NCBI RefSeq assembly: GCF_009914755.1
Contig: NC_060938.1
Source: the human T2T-CHM13v2.0 reference genome, Homo sapiens
Reading direction: 5' to 3' (one strand)
Length of the DNA: 64,000 nucleotides
Position 1 is the stretch's first letter, and the number at the start of each line of letters is the position of its first letter. This document shows, one piece after another, positions 13,301 through 27,300 of this stretch. Position numbers and translations under genes: made by a program. The notes beneath the pieces are model-generated. The model searched no databases, was not told the DNA's origin, and saw only the letters and a program-made list of their open reading frames with translations.

Positions 13301-16300
13301 TCACAGCTATCCAAATATCCACTTGCAGATTCTACAAAAAGAGTGTATCAAAACTGCTCTGTCAAAAGGAAGGTTCTTCTCTGTTAGGTGAGTGCATACG
13401 TCATAAAGGAGTTTCTGAGAATGTTTCTGTCTAGTGGTTATGGGAAGATATTTGCTTTTTCCCCGTAGGCCTCAGGGCGCTCCAAATGTCCACTTGCACA
13501 TGCTACAAAAAGAGTGCTTCAAAGCTGCTCTCTGAAAGGGAATGTTCAACTCTATGAGTTGAATGCAAACATCACAAAGACGTTTCTGAGAATGCTTCTG
13601 TCTAGATTTGATATGAAGATATTCCCGTTTCCAACGAAATCTTCAAATCTATCCAAATGTCCACTTGCAGATTCAACAAAAAGTGTTTTTCAGAACTGCT
13701 CTATCAAAAGAAAGATCCACCTCTGTTAGCTGAGTTCAGACATCACAAACAAGTTTATGAGAATGCTTCTGTCTAGTTTTTATTTGAAGATATTTCCTTT
13801 CTCACCATAGACCTGAAAGCTGTCCTAATGTTCACTTCCAGTTACTACAGAAAGAGTGTTTCAAAACTGCTGTACGAAAGGGAATGTTCAACTCTGTGAC
13901 TTGAATGCACACATCACAAAGAAGTTTCTGAGGATGCTGCTGTCTACTTTTTATACGTAATCCCGTTTCCAACGAAATCCTTCAAGCTATCCAAATATCC
14001 ACTTGCAGATTCCACAGAAAGACTGTTTCAAAACTGCTCTGTCAATAGAAAGGTTCAACTCTGTTAGCTGCGTGCATATATCCCAAAGAAGATTCTGAGA
14101 TTGCTTCTGTCTAGTTTTTATGGGAAGATATTTCCCTTTTCACCGTAGGCGTCCAGGCGCTCCAAATATCCACTTCCAGATACTACAAAAAGAGTGTTTC
14201 AAACCTACTCTGTGAAAGGGAATATTCAACTCTGTGACTTGAATGCACATATCACAAGGAAGTTTCTGAGAATGCTTCTGTCGAGATTTTATATGAAGAT
14301 ATTCCCGTTTCCAACGAAATGCTGAAATGTATCCAAATATCCCCTCGCAGATTCTACAAAAAGAGTGTTTCAAAACTGCTCTGTAAAAAGAAAGGTTCAA
14401 CTCTGTTAGTTGAGTACACACATCACAAACTAGTTTCACAGAATGCTTCTTTCTAGCTTGTAGGGGAAGATATTCCCTTTATCACCATGGGCCTCAAACC
14501 GTCCGAAAAGTCCACTTCCATATACTACAAAAAGAGCGTTTCAAACCTGCTCTATGAAAGGCAATGTTCAACTCTGTGACTTGAATGCAGACATCACAGA
14601 GCAGTTTCTGAGAATGCTTCTGTCTAGATTTTATAGGAAGATATTCCCGTTTCCAACGAAATCTTCACAGCTATCCAAATATCCACTTGCAGATTCTACA
14701 AAAAGAGTGTATCAAAACTGCTCTGTCAAAAGGAAGGTTCTTTTCTGTTAGGTGAGTGCATACGTCATAAAGGGGTTTCTGAGAATGTTTCTGTCTAGTG
14801 GTTATGGGAAGATATTTGCTTTTTCACCGTAGGCCTCAGAGCGCTCCAAATATCCACTTGCACATACTACAAAAAGAGTGCCTCAAAGCTGCTCTCTGTA
14901 ACGGAATGTTCAACTCTATGAGTTGAATGCAAACATCACAAAGACGTTTCTGAGAATGCTTCTGTCTAGATTTGATATGAAGATCTTCCCGTTTCCAACG
15001 AAATCTTCAAATCTATCCAAATGTCCACTTGCAGATTCAACAGAAAGTGTTTTTCAGAACTGCTCTATCAAAAGAAAGATCCACCTCTGTTAGCTGAGTT
15101 CACACATCACAAACAAGTTTATGAGAATGCTTCTGTCTAGTTTTTATTTGAAGATATTTCCTTTCTCACCATAGAGCTGAAAGCTGTCCTAATGTTCACT
15201 TCCAGATACTACAGAAAGAGTGTTTCAAAACTGCTGTACGAAAGGGAATGTTAAACTCTGTGACTTGAATGCACACATCACAAAGAAGTTTCTGAGGATG
15301 CTGCTGTCTACTTTTTATACGTAATCCCGTTTCCAACGAAATCCTCCAAGCTATCCAAATATCCACTTGCAGATTCCACAGAAAGACTGTTTCAAAACTG
15401 CTCTGTCAATAGAAAGGTTCAACTCTGTTAGCTGCGTGCATATATCCCAAAGAAGATTCTGAGATTGCTTCTGTCTAGTTTTTATGGGAAGATATTTCCC
15501 TTTTCACCGTAGGTGTCAAGGCGCTCCAAATGTCCACTTCCAGATACTACAAAAAGAGTGTTTCAAACCTACTCTGTGAAAGGGAATATTCAACTCTGTG
15601 ACTTGAATGCACATATCACAAAGAAGTTTCTGAGAATGCTTCTGTCGAGATTTTATATGAAGATATTCCCGTTTCCAACGAAATCCTGAAATCTATCCAA
15701 ATATCCCCTCGCAGATTCTACAAAAAGAGTGTTTCAAAACTGCTCTGTAAAAAGAAAGGTTCAACTCTGTTAATTGAGTACACACATCACAAACAAGTTT
15801 CACAGAATGCTTCTTTCTAGCTGGTAGGGGAAGATATTCCCTTTATCACCATGGGCCTCCAACCGTCCGAAACATCCACTTCCATATACTACAAAAAGAG
15901 CGTTTCAAACCTGCTCTATGAAAGGCAATGTTCAACTCTGTGACTTGAATGCAGACATCACAGAGCAGTTTCTGAGAATGCTTCTGTCTAGATTTTATAG
16001 GAAGATATTCCCGTTTCCAACGAAATCTTCACAGCTATCCAAATATCCACTTGCAGATTCTACAAAAAGAGTGTATCAAAACTGCTCTGTCAAAAGGAAG
16101 GTTCTTCTCTGTTAGGTGAGTGCATACGTCATAAAGGAGTTTCTGAGAATGTTTCTGTCTAGTGGTTATGGGAAGATATTTGCTTTTTCCCCGTAGGCCT
16201 CAGGGCGCTCCAAATGTCCACTTGCACATGCTACAAAAAGAGTGCTTCAAAGCTGCTCTCTGAAAGGGAATGTTCAACTCTATGAGTTGAATGCAAACAT

Positions 16301-17281
16301 CACAAAGACGTTTCTGAGAATGCTTCTGTCTAGATTTGATATGAAGATATTCCCGTTTCCAACGAAATCTTCAAATCTATCCAAATGTCCACTTGCAGAT
16401 TCAACAAAAAGTGTTTTTCAGAACTGCTCTATCAAAAGAAAGATCCACCTCTGTTAGCTGAGTTCACACATCACAAACAAGTTTATGAGAATGCTTCTGT
16501 CTAGTTTTTATTTGAAGATATTTCCTTTCTCACCATAGACCTGAAAGCTGTCCTAATGTTCACTTCCAGTTACTACAGAAAGAGTGTTTCAAAACTGCTG
16601 TACGAAAGGGAATGTTCAACTCTGTGACTTGAATGCACACATCACAAAGAAGTTTCTGAGGATGCTGCTGTCTACTTTTTATACTTAATCCCGTTTCCAA
16701 CGAAATCCTCCAAGCTATCCAAATATCCACTTGCAGATTCCACAGAAAGACTGTTTCAAAACTGCTCTGTCAATAGAAAGGTTCAACTCTGTTAGCTGCG
16801 TGCATATATCCCAAAGAAGATTCTGAGATTGCTTCTGTCTAGTTTTTATGGGAAGATATTTCCCTTTTCACCGTAGGCGTCAAGGCGCTCCAAACGTCCA
16901 CTTCCAGATACTACAAAAAGAGTGTTTCAAACCTACTCTGTGAAAGGGAGTATTCAACTCTGTGACTTGAATGCACATATCACAAGGAAGTTTCTGAGAA
17001 TGCTTCTGTCGAGATTTTATATGAAGATATTCCCGTTTCCAACGAAATCCTGAAATCTATCCAAATATCCCCTCGCAGATTCTACAAAAAGAGTGTTTCA
17101 AAACTGCTCTTTAAAAAGAAAGGTTCAACTCTGTTAGTTGAGTACACACATCACAAACAAGTTTCACAGAATGCTTCTTTCTAGCTTGTAGGGGAAGATA
17201 TTCCCTTTATCACCATGGGCCTCAAACCGTCCGATAAGTCCACTTCCATATACTACAAAAAGAGCGTTTCAAACCTGCTCT

Positions 17282-18641
17282 ATGAAAGGCAACGTTCAAC
17301 TCTGTGACTTGAATGCAGACATCACAGAGCAGTTTCTGAGAATGCTTCTGTCTAGATTTTATAGGAAGATATTCCCGTTTCCAACGAAATCTTCACAGCT
17401 ATCCAAATATCCACTTGCAGATTCTACAAAAAGAGTGTATCAAAACTGCTCTGTCAAAAGGAAGGTTCTTCTCTGTTAGGTGAGTGCATACGTCATAAAG
17501 GAGTTTCTGAGAATGTTTCTGTCTAGTGGTTATGGGAAGATATTTGCTTTTTCCCCGTAGGCCTCAGGGCGCTCCAAATGTCCACTTGCACATGCTACAA
17601 AAAGAGTGCTTCAAAGCTGCTCTCTGAAAGGGAATGTTCAACTCTATGAGTTGAATGCAAACATCACAAAGACGTTTCTGAGAATGCTTCTGTCTAGATT
17701 TGATATGAAGATATTCCCGTTTCCAACGAAATCTTCAAATCTATCCAAATGTCCACTTGCAGATTCAACAAAAAGTGTTTTTCAGAACTGCTCTATCAAA
17801 AGAAAGATCCACCTCTGTTAGCTGAGTTCAGACATCACAAACAAGTTTATGAGAATGCTTCTGTCTAGTTTTTATTTGAAGATATTTCCTTTCTCACCAT
17901 AGACCTGAAAGCTGTCCTAATGTTCACTTCCAGTTACTACAGAGTGTTTCAAAACTGCTGTACGAAAGGGAATGTTCAACTCTGTGACTTGAATGCACAC
18001 ATCACAAAGAAGTTTCTGAGGATGCTGCTGTCTACTTTTTATACTTAATCCCGTTTCCAACGAAATCCTCCAAGCTATCCAAATATCCACTTGCAGATTC
18101 CACAGAAAGACTGTTTCAAAACTGCTCTGTCAATAGAAAGGTTCAACTCTGTTAGCTGCGTGCATATATCCCAAAGAAGATTCTGAGATTGCTTCTGTCT
18201 AGTTTTTATGGGAAGATATTTCCCTTTTCACCGTAGGCGTCAAGGCGCTCCAAATGTCCACTTCCAGATACTACAAAAAGAGTGTTTCAAACCTACTCTG
18301 TGAAAGGGAATATTCAACTCTGTGACTTGAATGCAGATATCACAAAGAAGTTTCTGAGAATGCTTCTGTCGAGATTTTATATGAAGATATTCCCGTTTCC
18401 AACGAAATCCTGAAATCTATCCAAATATCCCCTCGCAGATTCTACAAAAAGAGTGTTTCAAAACTGCTCTGTAAAAAGAAAGGTTCAACTCTGTTAGTTG
18501 AGTACACACATCACAAACAAGTTTCACAGAATGCTTCTTTCTAGCTTGTAGGGGAAGATATTCCCTTTATCACCATGGGCCTCAAACCGTCCGATAAGTC
18601 CACTTCCATATACTACAAAAAGAGCGTTTCAAACCTGCTCT
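17282..18641 (-). repeat. 1,360-bp HOR variant (4-bp deletion), copy 1
   Basis: TTACTACAGAGTGTTT at ~17934-17949 versus canonical TTACTACAGAAAGAGTGTTT. Confidence 0.92.
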
Positions 18642-20005
18642 ATGAAAGGCAATGTTCAACTCTGTGACTTGAATGCAGACATCACAGAGCAGTTTCTGAG
18701 AATGCTTCTGTCTAGATTTTATAGGAAGATATTCCCGTTTCCAACGAAATCTTCACAGCTATCCAAATATCCACTTGCAGATTCTACAAAAAGAGTGTAT
18801 CAAAACTGCTCTGTCAAAAGGAAGGTTCTTTTCTGTTAGGTGAGTGCATACGTCATAAAGGAGTTTCTGAGAATGTTTCTGTCTAGTGGTTATGGGAAGA
18901 TATTTGCTTTTTCACCGTAGGCCTCAGAGCGCTCCAAATATCCACTTGCACATACTACAAAAAGAGTGCCTCAAAGCTGCTCTCTGAAACGGAATGTGCA
19001 ACTCTATGAGTTGAATGCAAACATCGCAAAGACGTTTCTGAGAATGCTTCTGTCTAGATTTGATATGAAGATATTCCCGTTTCCAACGAAATCTTCAAAT
19101 CTATCCAAATGTCCACTTGCAGATTCAACAAAAAGTGTTTTTCAGAACTGCTCTATCAAAAGAAAGATCCACCTCTGTTAGCTGAGTTCACACATCACAA
19201 ACAAGTTTATGAGAATGCTTCTGTCTAGTTTTTATTTGAAGATATTTCCTTTCTCACCATAGAGCTGAAAGCTGTCCTAATGTTCACTTCCAGATACTAC
19301 AGAAAGAGTGTTTCAAAACTGCTGTACGAAAGGGAATGTTCAACTCTGTGACTTGAATGCACACATCACAAAGAAGTTTCTGAGGATGCTGCTGTCTACT
19401 TTTTATACGTAATCCCGTTTCCAACGAAATCCTCCAAGCTATCCAAATATCCACTTGCAGATTCCACAGAAAGACTGTTTCAAAACTGCTCTGTCAATAG
19501 AAAGGTTCAACTCTGTTAGCTGCGTGCATATATCCCAAAGAAGATTCTGAGATTGCTTCTGTCTAGTTTTTATGGGAAGATATTTCCCTTTTCACCGTAG
19601 GTGTCAAGGCGCTCCAAATGTCCACTTCCAGATACTACAAAAAGAGTGTTTCTAACCTACTCTGTGAAAGGGAATATTCAACTCTGTGACTTGAATGCAC
19701 ATATCACAAAGAAGTTTCTGAGAATGCTTCTGTCGAGATTTTATATGAAGATATTCCCGTTTCCAACGAAATCCTGAAATCTATCCAAATATCCCCTCGC
19801 AGATTCTACAAAAAGAGTGTTTCAAAACTGCTCTGTGAAAAGGAAGGTTCAACTCTGTTAGTTGAGTACACACATCACAAACAAGTTTCACAGAATGCTT
19901 CTTTCTAGCTTGTAGGGGAAGATATTCCCTTTATCACCATGGGCCTCAAACCGTCCGATAAGTCCACTTCCATATACTACAAAAAGAGCGTTTCAAACCT
20001 GCTCT

Positions 20006-21365
20006 ATGAAAGGCAACGTTCAACTCTGTGACTTGAATGCAGACATCACAGAGCAGTTTCTGAGAATGCTTCTGTCTAGATTTTATAGGAAGATATTCCC
20101 GTTTCCAACGAAATCTTCACAGCTATCCAAATATCCACTTGCAGATTCTACAAAAAGAGTGTATCAAAACTGCTCTGTCAAAAGGAAGGTTCTTCTCTGT
20201 TAGGTGAGTGCATACGTCATAAAGGAGTTTCTGAGAATGTTTCTGTCTAGTGGTTATGGGAAGATATTTGCTTTTTCCCCGTAGGCCTCAGGGCGCTCCA
20301 AATGTCCACTTGCACATGCTACAAAAAGAGTGCTTCAAAGCTGCTCTCTGAAAGGGAATGTTCAACTCTATGAGTTGAATGCAAACATCACAAAGACGTT
20401 TCTGAGAATGCTTCTGTCTAGATTTGATATGAAGATATTCCCGTTTCCAACGAAATCTTCAAATCTATCCAAATGTCCACTTGCAGATTCAACAAAAAGT
20501 GTTTTTCAGAACTGCTCTATCAAAAGAAAGATCCACCTCTGTTAGCTGAGTTCAGACATCACAAACAAGTTTATGAGAATGCTTCTGTCTAGTTTTTATT
20601 TGAAGATATTTCCTTTCTCACCATAGACCTGAAAGCTGTCCTAATGTTCACTTCCAGTTACTACAGAGTGTTTCAAAACTGCTGTACGAAAGGGAATGTT
20701 CAACTCTGTGACTTGAATGCACACATCACAAAGAAGTTTCTGAGGATGCTGCTGTCTACTTTTTATACTTAATCCCGTTTCCAACGAAATCCTCCAAGCT
20801 ATCCAAATATCCACTTGCAGATTCCACAGAAAGACTGTTTCAAAACTGCTCTGTCAATAGAAAGGTTCAACTCTGTTAGCTGCGTGCATATATCCCAAAG
20901 AAGATTCTGAGATTGCTTCTGTCTAGTTTTTATGGGAAGATATTTCCCTTTTCACCGTAGGCGTCAAGGCGCTCCAAATGTCCACTTCCAGATACTACAA
21001 AAAGAGTGTTTCAAACCTACTCTGTGAAAGGGAATATTCAACTCTGTGACTTGAATGCAGATATCACAAAGAAGTTTCTGAGAATGCTTCTGTCGAGATT
21101 TTATATGAAGATATTCCCGTTTCCAACGAAATCCTGAAATCTATCCAAATATCCCCTCGCAGATTCTACAAAAAGAGTGTTTCAAAACTGCTCTGTAAAA
21201 AGAAAGGTTCAACTCTGTTAGTTGAGTACACACATCACAAACAAGTTTCACAGAATGCTTCTTTCTAGCTTGTAGGGGAAGATATTCCCTTTATCACCAT
21301 GGGCCTCAAACCGTCCGATAAGTCCACTTCCATATACTACAAAAAGAGCGTTTCAAACCTGCTCT
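20006..21365 (-). repeat. 1,360-bp HOR variant (4-bp deletion), copy 2
   Basis: Same deletion at ~20658-20673, 2,724 bp after copy 1. Confidence 0.92.
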
Positions 21366-24300
21366 ATGAAAGGCAATGTTCAACTCTGTGACTTGAATGC
21401 AGACATCACAGAGCAGTTTCTGAGAATGCTTCTGTCTAGATTTTATAGGAAGATATTCCCGTTTCCAACGAAATCTTCACAGCTATCCAAATATCCACTT
21501 GCAGATTCTACAAAAAGAGTGTATCAAAACTGCTCTGTCAAAAGGAAGGTTCTTTTCTGTTAGGTGAGTGCATACGTCATAAAGGAGTTTCTGAGAATGT
21601 TTCTGTCTAGTGGTTATGGGAAGATATTTGCTTTTTCACCGTAGGCCTCAGAGCGCTCCAAATATCCACTTGCACATACTACAAAAAGAGTGCCTCAAAG
21701 CTGCTCTCTGAAACGGAATGTTCAACTCTATGAGTTGAATGCAAACATCGCAAAGACGTTTCTGAGAATGCTTCTGTCTAGATTTGATATGAAGATATTC
21801 CCGTTTCCAACGAAATCTTCAAATCTATCCAAATGTCCACTTGCAGATTCAACAAAAAGTGTTTTTCAGAACTGCTCTATCAAAAGAAAGATCCACCTCT
21901 GTTAGCTGAGTTCACACATCACAAACAAGTTTATGAGAATGCTTCTGTCTAGTTTTTATTTGAAGATATTTCCTTTCTCACCATAGAGCTGAAAGCTGTC
22001 CTAATGTTCACTTCCAGATACTACAGAAAGAGTGTTTCAAAACTGCTGTACGAAAGGGAATGTTCAACTCTGTGACTTGAATGCACACATCACAAAGAAG
22101 TTTCTGAGGATGCTGCTGTCTACTTTTTATACGTAATCCCGTTTCCAACGAAATCCTCCAAGCTATCCAAATATCCACTTGCAGATTCCACAGAAAGACT
22201 GTTTCAAAACTGCTCTGTCAATAGAAAGGTTCAACTCTGTTAGCTGCGTGCATATATCCCAAAGAAGATTCTGAGATTGCTTCTGTCTAGTTTTTATGGG
22301 AAGATATTTCCCTTTTCACCGTAGGTGTCAAGGCGCTCCAAATGTCCACTTCCAGATACTACAAAAAGAGTGTTTCAAACCTACTCTGTGAAAGGGAATA
22401 TTCAACTCTGTGACTCGAATGCACATATCACAAAGAAGTTTCTGAGAATGCTTCTGTCGAGATTTTATATGAAGATATTCCCGTTTCCAACGAAATGCTG
22501 AAATCTATCCAAATATCCCCTCGCAGATTCTACAAAAAGAGTGTTTCAAAACTGCTCTGTAAAAAGAAAGGTTCAACTCTGTTAGTTGAGTACACACATC
22601 ACAAATAAGTTTCACACAATGCTTCTTTCTAGCTTGTAGGGGAAGATATTCCCTTTATCACCATGGGCCTCAAACCGTCTGAAACGTCCACTTCCATATA
22701 CTACAAAAAGAGCATTTCAAACCTGCTCTATGAAAGGCAATGTTCAACTCTGTGACTTGAATGCAGACATCACAGAGCAGTTTCTGAGAATGCTTCTGTC
22801 TAGATTTTATAGGAAGATATTCCCGTTTCCAACGAAATCTTCACAGCTATCCAAATATCCACTTGCAGATTCTACAAAAAGAGTGTATCAAAACTGCTCT
22901 GTCAAAAGGAAGGTTCTTCTCTGTTAGGTGAGTGCATACGTCATAAAGGAGTTTCTGAGAATGTTTCTGTCTAGTGGTTATGGGAAGATATTTGCTTTTT
23001 CCCCGTAGGCCTCAGGGCGCTCCAAATGTCCACTTGCACATGCTACAAAAAGAGTGCTTCAAAGCTGCTCTCTGAAAGGGAATGTTCAACTCTATGAGTT
23101 GAATGCAAACATCACAAAGACGTTTCTGAGAATGCTTCTGTCTAGATTTGATATGAAGATATTCCCGTTTCCAACGAAATCTTCAAATCTATCCAAATGT
23201 CCACTTGCAGATTCAACAAAAAGTGTTTTTCAGAACTGCTCTATCAAAAGAAAGATCCACCTCTGTTAGCTGAGTTCAGACATCACAAACAAGTTTATGA
23301 GAATGCTTCTGTCTAGTTTTTATTTGAAGATATTTCCTTTCTCACCATAGACCTGAAAGCTGTCCTAATGTTCACTTCCAGTTACTACAGAAAGAGTGTT
23401 TCAAAACTGCTGTACGAAAGGGAATGTTCAACTCTGTGACTTGAATGCACACATCACAAAGAAGTTTCTGAGGATGCTGCTGTCTACTTTTTATACTTAA
23501 TCCCGTTTCCAACGAAATCCTCCAAGCTATCCAAATATCCACTTGCAGATTCCACAGAAAGACTGTTTCAAAACTGCTCTGTCAATAGAAAGGTTCAACT
23601 CTGTTAGCTGCGTGCATATATCCCAAAGAAGATTCTGAGATTGCTTCTGTCTAGTTTTTATGGGAAGATATTTCCCTTTTCACCGTAGGCGTCCAGGCGC
23701 TCCAAATGTCCACTTCCAGATACTACAAAAACAGTGTTTCAAACCTACTCTGTGAAAGGGAATATTCAACTCTGTGACTTGAATGCACATATCACAAGGA
23801 AGTTTCTGAGAATGCTTCTGTCGAGATTTTATATGAAGATATTCCCGTTTCCAACGAAATCCTGAAATCTATCCAAATATCCCCTCGCAGATTCTACAAA
23901 AAGAGTGTTTCAAAACTGCTCTGTAAAAAGAAAGGTTCAACTCTGTTAGTTGAGTACACACATCACAAACAAGTTTCACAGAATGCTTCTTTCTAGCTTG
24001 TAGGGGAAGATATTCCCTTTATCACCATGGGCCTCCAACCGTCCGATAAGTCCACTTCCATATACTACAAAAAGAGCGTTTCAAACCTGCTCTATGAAAG
24101 GCAATGTTCAACTCTGTGACTTGAATGCAGACATCACAGAGCAGTTTCTGAGAATGCTTCTGTCTAGATTTTATAGGAAGATATTCCCGTTTCCAACGAA
24201 ATCTTCACAGCTATCCAAATATCCACTTGCAGATTCTACAAAAAGAGTGTATCAAAACTGCTCTGTCAAAAGGAAGGTTCTTCTCTGTTAGGTGAGTGCA

Positions 24301-27300
24301 TACGTCATAAAGGAGTTTCTGAGAATGTTTCTGTCTAGTGGTTATGGGAAGATATTTGCTTTTTCACCGTAGGCCTCAGAGCGCTCCAAATATCCACTTG
24401 CACATACTACAAAAAGAGTGCTTCAAAGCTGGTCTCTGAAACGGAATGTTCAACTCTATGAGTTGAATGCAAACATCACAAAGACGTTTCTGAGAATGCT
24501 TCTGTCTAGATTTGATATGAAGATATTCCCGTTTCCAACGAAATCTTCAAATCTATCCAAATGTCCACTTGCAGATTCAACAAAAAGTGTTTTTCAGAAC
24601 TGCTCTATCAAAAGAAAGATCCACCTCTGTTAGCTGAGTTCACACATCACAAACAAGTTTATGAGAATGCTTCTGTATATTTTTTATTTGAAGATATTTC
24701 CTTTCTCACCATAGACCTGAAAGCTGTCCTAATGTTCACTTCCAGATACTACAGAAAGAGTGTTTCAAAACTGCTGTACGAAAGGGAATGTTCAACTCTG
24801 TGACTTGAATGCACACATCACAAAGAAGTTTCTGAGGATGCTGCTGTCTACTTTTTATACGTAATCCCGTTTCCAACGAAATCCTCCAAGCTATCCAAAT
24901 ATCCACTTGCAGATTCCACAGAAAGGCTGTTTCAAAACTGCTCTGTCAATAGAAAGGTTCAACTCTGTTAGCTGCGTGCATATATCCCAAAGAAGATTCT
25001 GAGATTGCTTCTGTCTAGTTTTTATGGGAAGATATTTCCCTTTTCACCGTAGGTGTCAAGGCGCTCCAAATGTCCACTTCCAGATACTACAAAAAGAGTG
25101 TTTCAAACCTACTCTGTGAAAGGGAATATTCAACTCTGTGACTTGAATGCACATATCACAAAGAAGTTTCTGAGAATGCTTCTGTCGAGATTTTATATGA
25201 AGATATTCCCGTTTCCAACGAAATCCTGAAATGTATCCAAATATCCCCTCGCAGATTCTACAAAAAGAGTGTTTCAAAACTGCTCTGTAAAAAGAAAGGT
25301 TCAACTCTGTTAGTTGAGTACACACATCACAAATAAGTTTCACACAATGCTTCTTTCTAGCTTGTAGGGGAAGATATTCCCTTTATCACCATGGGCCTCA
25401 AACCGTCTGAAACGTCCACTTCCATATACTACAAAAAGAGCATTTCAAACCTGCTCTATGAAAGGCAATGTTCAACTCTGTGACTTGAATGCAGACATCA
25501 CAGAGCAGTTTCTGAGAATGCTTCTGTCTAGATTTTATAGGAAGATATTCCCGTTTCCAACGAAATCTTCACAGCTATCCAAATATCCACTTGCAGATTC
25601 TACAAAAAGAGTGTATCAAAACTGCTCTGTCAAAAGGAAGGTTCTTCTCTGTTAGGTGAGTGCATACGTCATAAAGGAGTTTCTGAGAATGTTTCTGTCT
25701 AGTGGTTATGGGAAGATATTTGCTTTTTCCCCGTAGGCCTCAGGGCGCTCCAAATGTCCACTTGCACATGCTACAAAAAGAGTGCTTCAAAGCTGCTCTC
25801 TGAAAGGGAATGTTCAACTCTATGAGTTGAATGCAAACATCGCAAAGACGTTTCTGAGAATGCTTCTGTCTAGATTTGATATGAAGATATTCCCGTTTCC
25901 AACGAAATCTTCAAATCTATCCAAATGTCCACTTGCAGATTCAACAAAAAGTGTTTTTCAGAACTGCTCTATCAAAAGAAAGATCCACCTCTGTTAGCTG
26001 AGTTCACACATCACAAACAAGTTTATGAGAATGCTTCTGTCTAGTTTTTATTTGAAGATATTTCCTTTCTCACCATAGAGCTGAAAGCTGTCCTAATGTT
26101 CACTTCCAGATACTACAGAAAGAGTGTTTCAAAACTGCTGTACGAAAGGGAATGTTCAACTCTGTGACTTGAATGCACACATCACAAAGAAGTTTCTGAG
26201 GATGCTGCTGTCTACTTTTTATACGTAATCCCGTTTCCAACGAAATCCTCCAAGCTATCCAAATATCCACTTGCAGATTCCACAGAAAGACTGTTTCAAA
26301 ACTGCTCTGTCAATAGAAAGGTTCAACTCTGTTAGCTGCGTGCATATATCCCAAAGAAGATTCTGAGATTGCTTCTGTCTAGTTTTTATGGGAAGATATT
26401 TCCCTTTTCACCGTAGGTGTCAAGGCGCTCCAAATGTCCACTTCCAGATACTACAAAAAGAGTGTTTCAAACCTACTCTGTGAAAGGGAATATTCAACTC
26501 TGTGACTCGAATGCACATATCACAAAGAAGTTTCTGAGAATGCTTCTGTCGAGATTTTATATGAAGATATTCCCGTTTCCAACGAAATGCTGAAATCTAT
26601 CCAAATATCCCCTCGCAGATTCTACAAAAAGAGTGTTTCAAAACTGCTCTGTAAAAAGAAAGGTTCAACTCTGTTAGTTGAGTACACACATCACAAATAA
26701 GTTTCACACAATGCTTCTTTCTAGCTTGTAGGGGAAGATATTCCCTTTATCACCATGGGCCTCAAACCGTCTGAAACGTCCACTTCCATATACTACAAAA
26801 AGAGCATTTCAAACCTGCTCTATGAAAGGCAATGTTCAACTCTGTGACTTGAATGCAGACATCACAGAGCAGTTTCTGAGAATGCTTCTGTCTAGATTTT
26901 ATAGGAAGATATTCCCGTTTCCAACGAAATCTTCACAGCTATCCAAATATCCACTTGCAGATTCTACAAAAAGAGTGTATCAAAACTGCTCTGTCAAAAG
27001 GAAGGTTCTTCTCTGTTAGGTGAGTGCATACGTCATAAAGGAGTTTCTGAGAATGTTTCTGTCTAGTGGTTATGGGAAGATATTTGCTTTTTCCCCGTAG
27101 GCCTCAGGGCGCTCCAAATGTCCACTTGCACATGCTACAAAAAGAGTGCTTCAAAGCTGCTCTCTGAAAGGGAATGTTCAACTCTATGAGTTGAATGCAA
27201 ACATCACAAAGACGTTTCTGAGAATGCTTCTGTCTAGATTTGATATGAAGATATTCCCGTTTCCAACGAAATCTTCAAATCTATCCAAATGTCCACTTGC

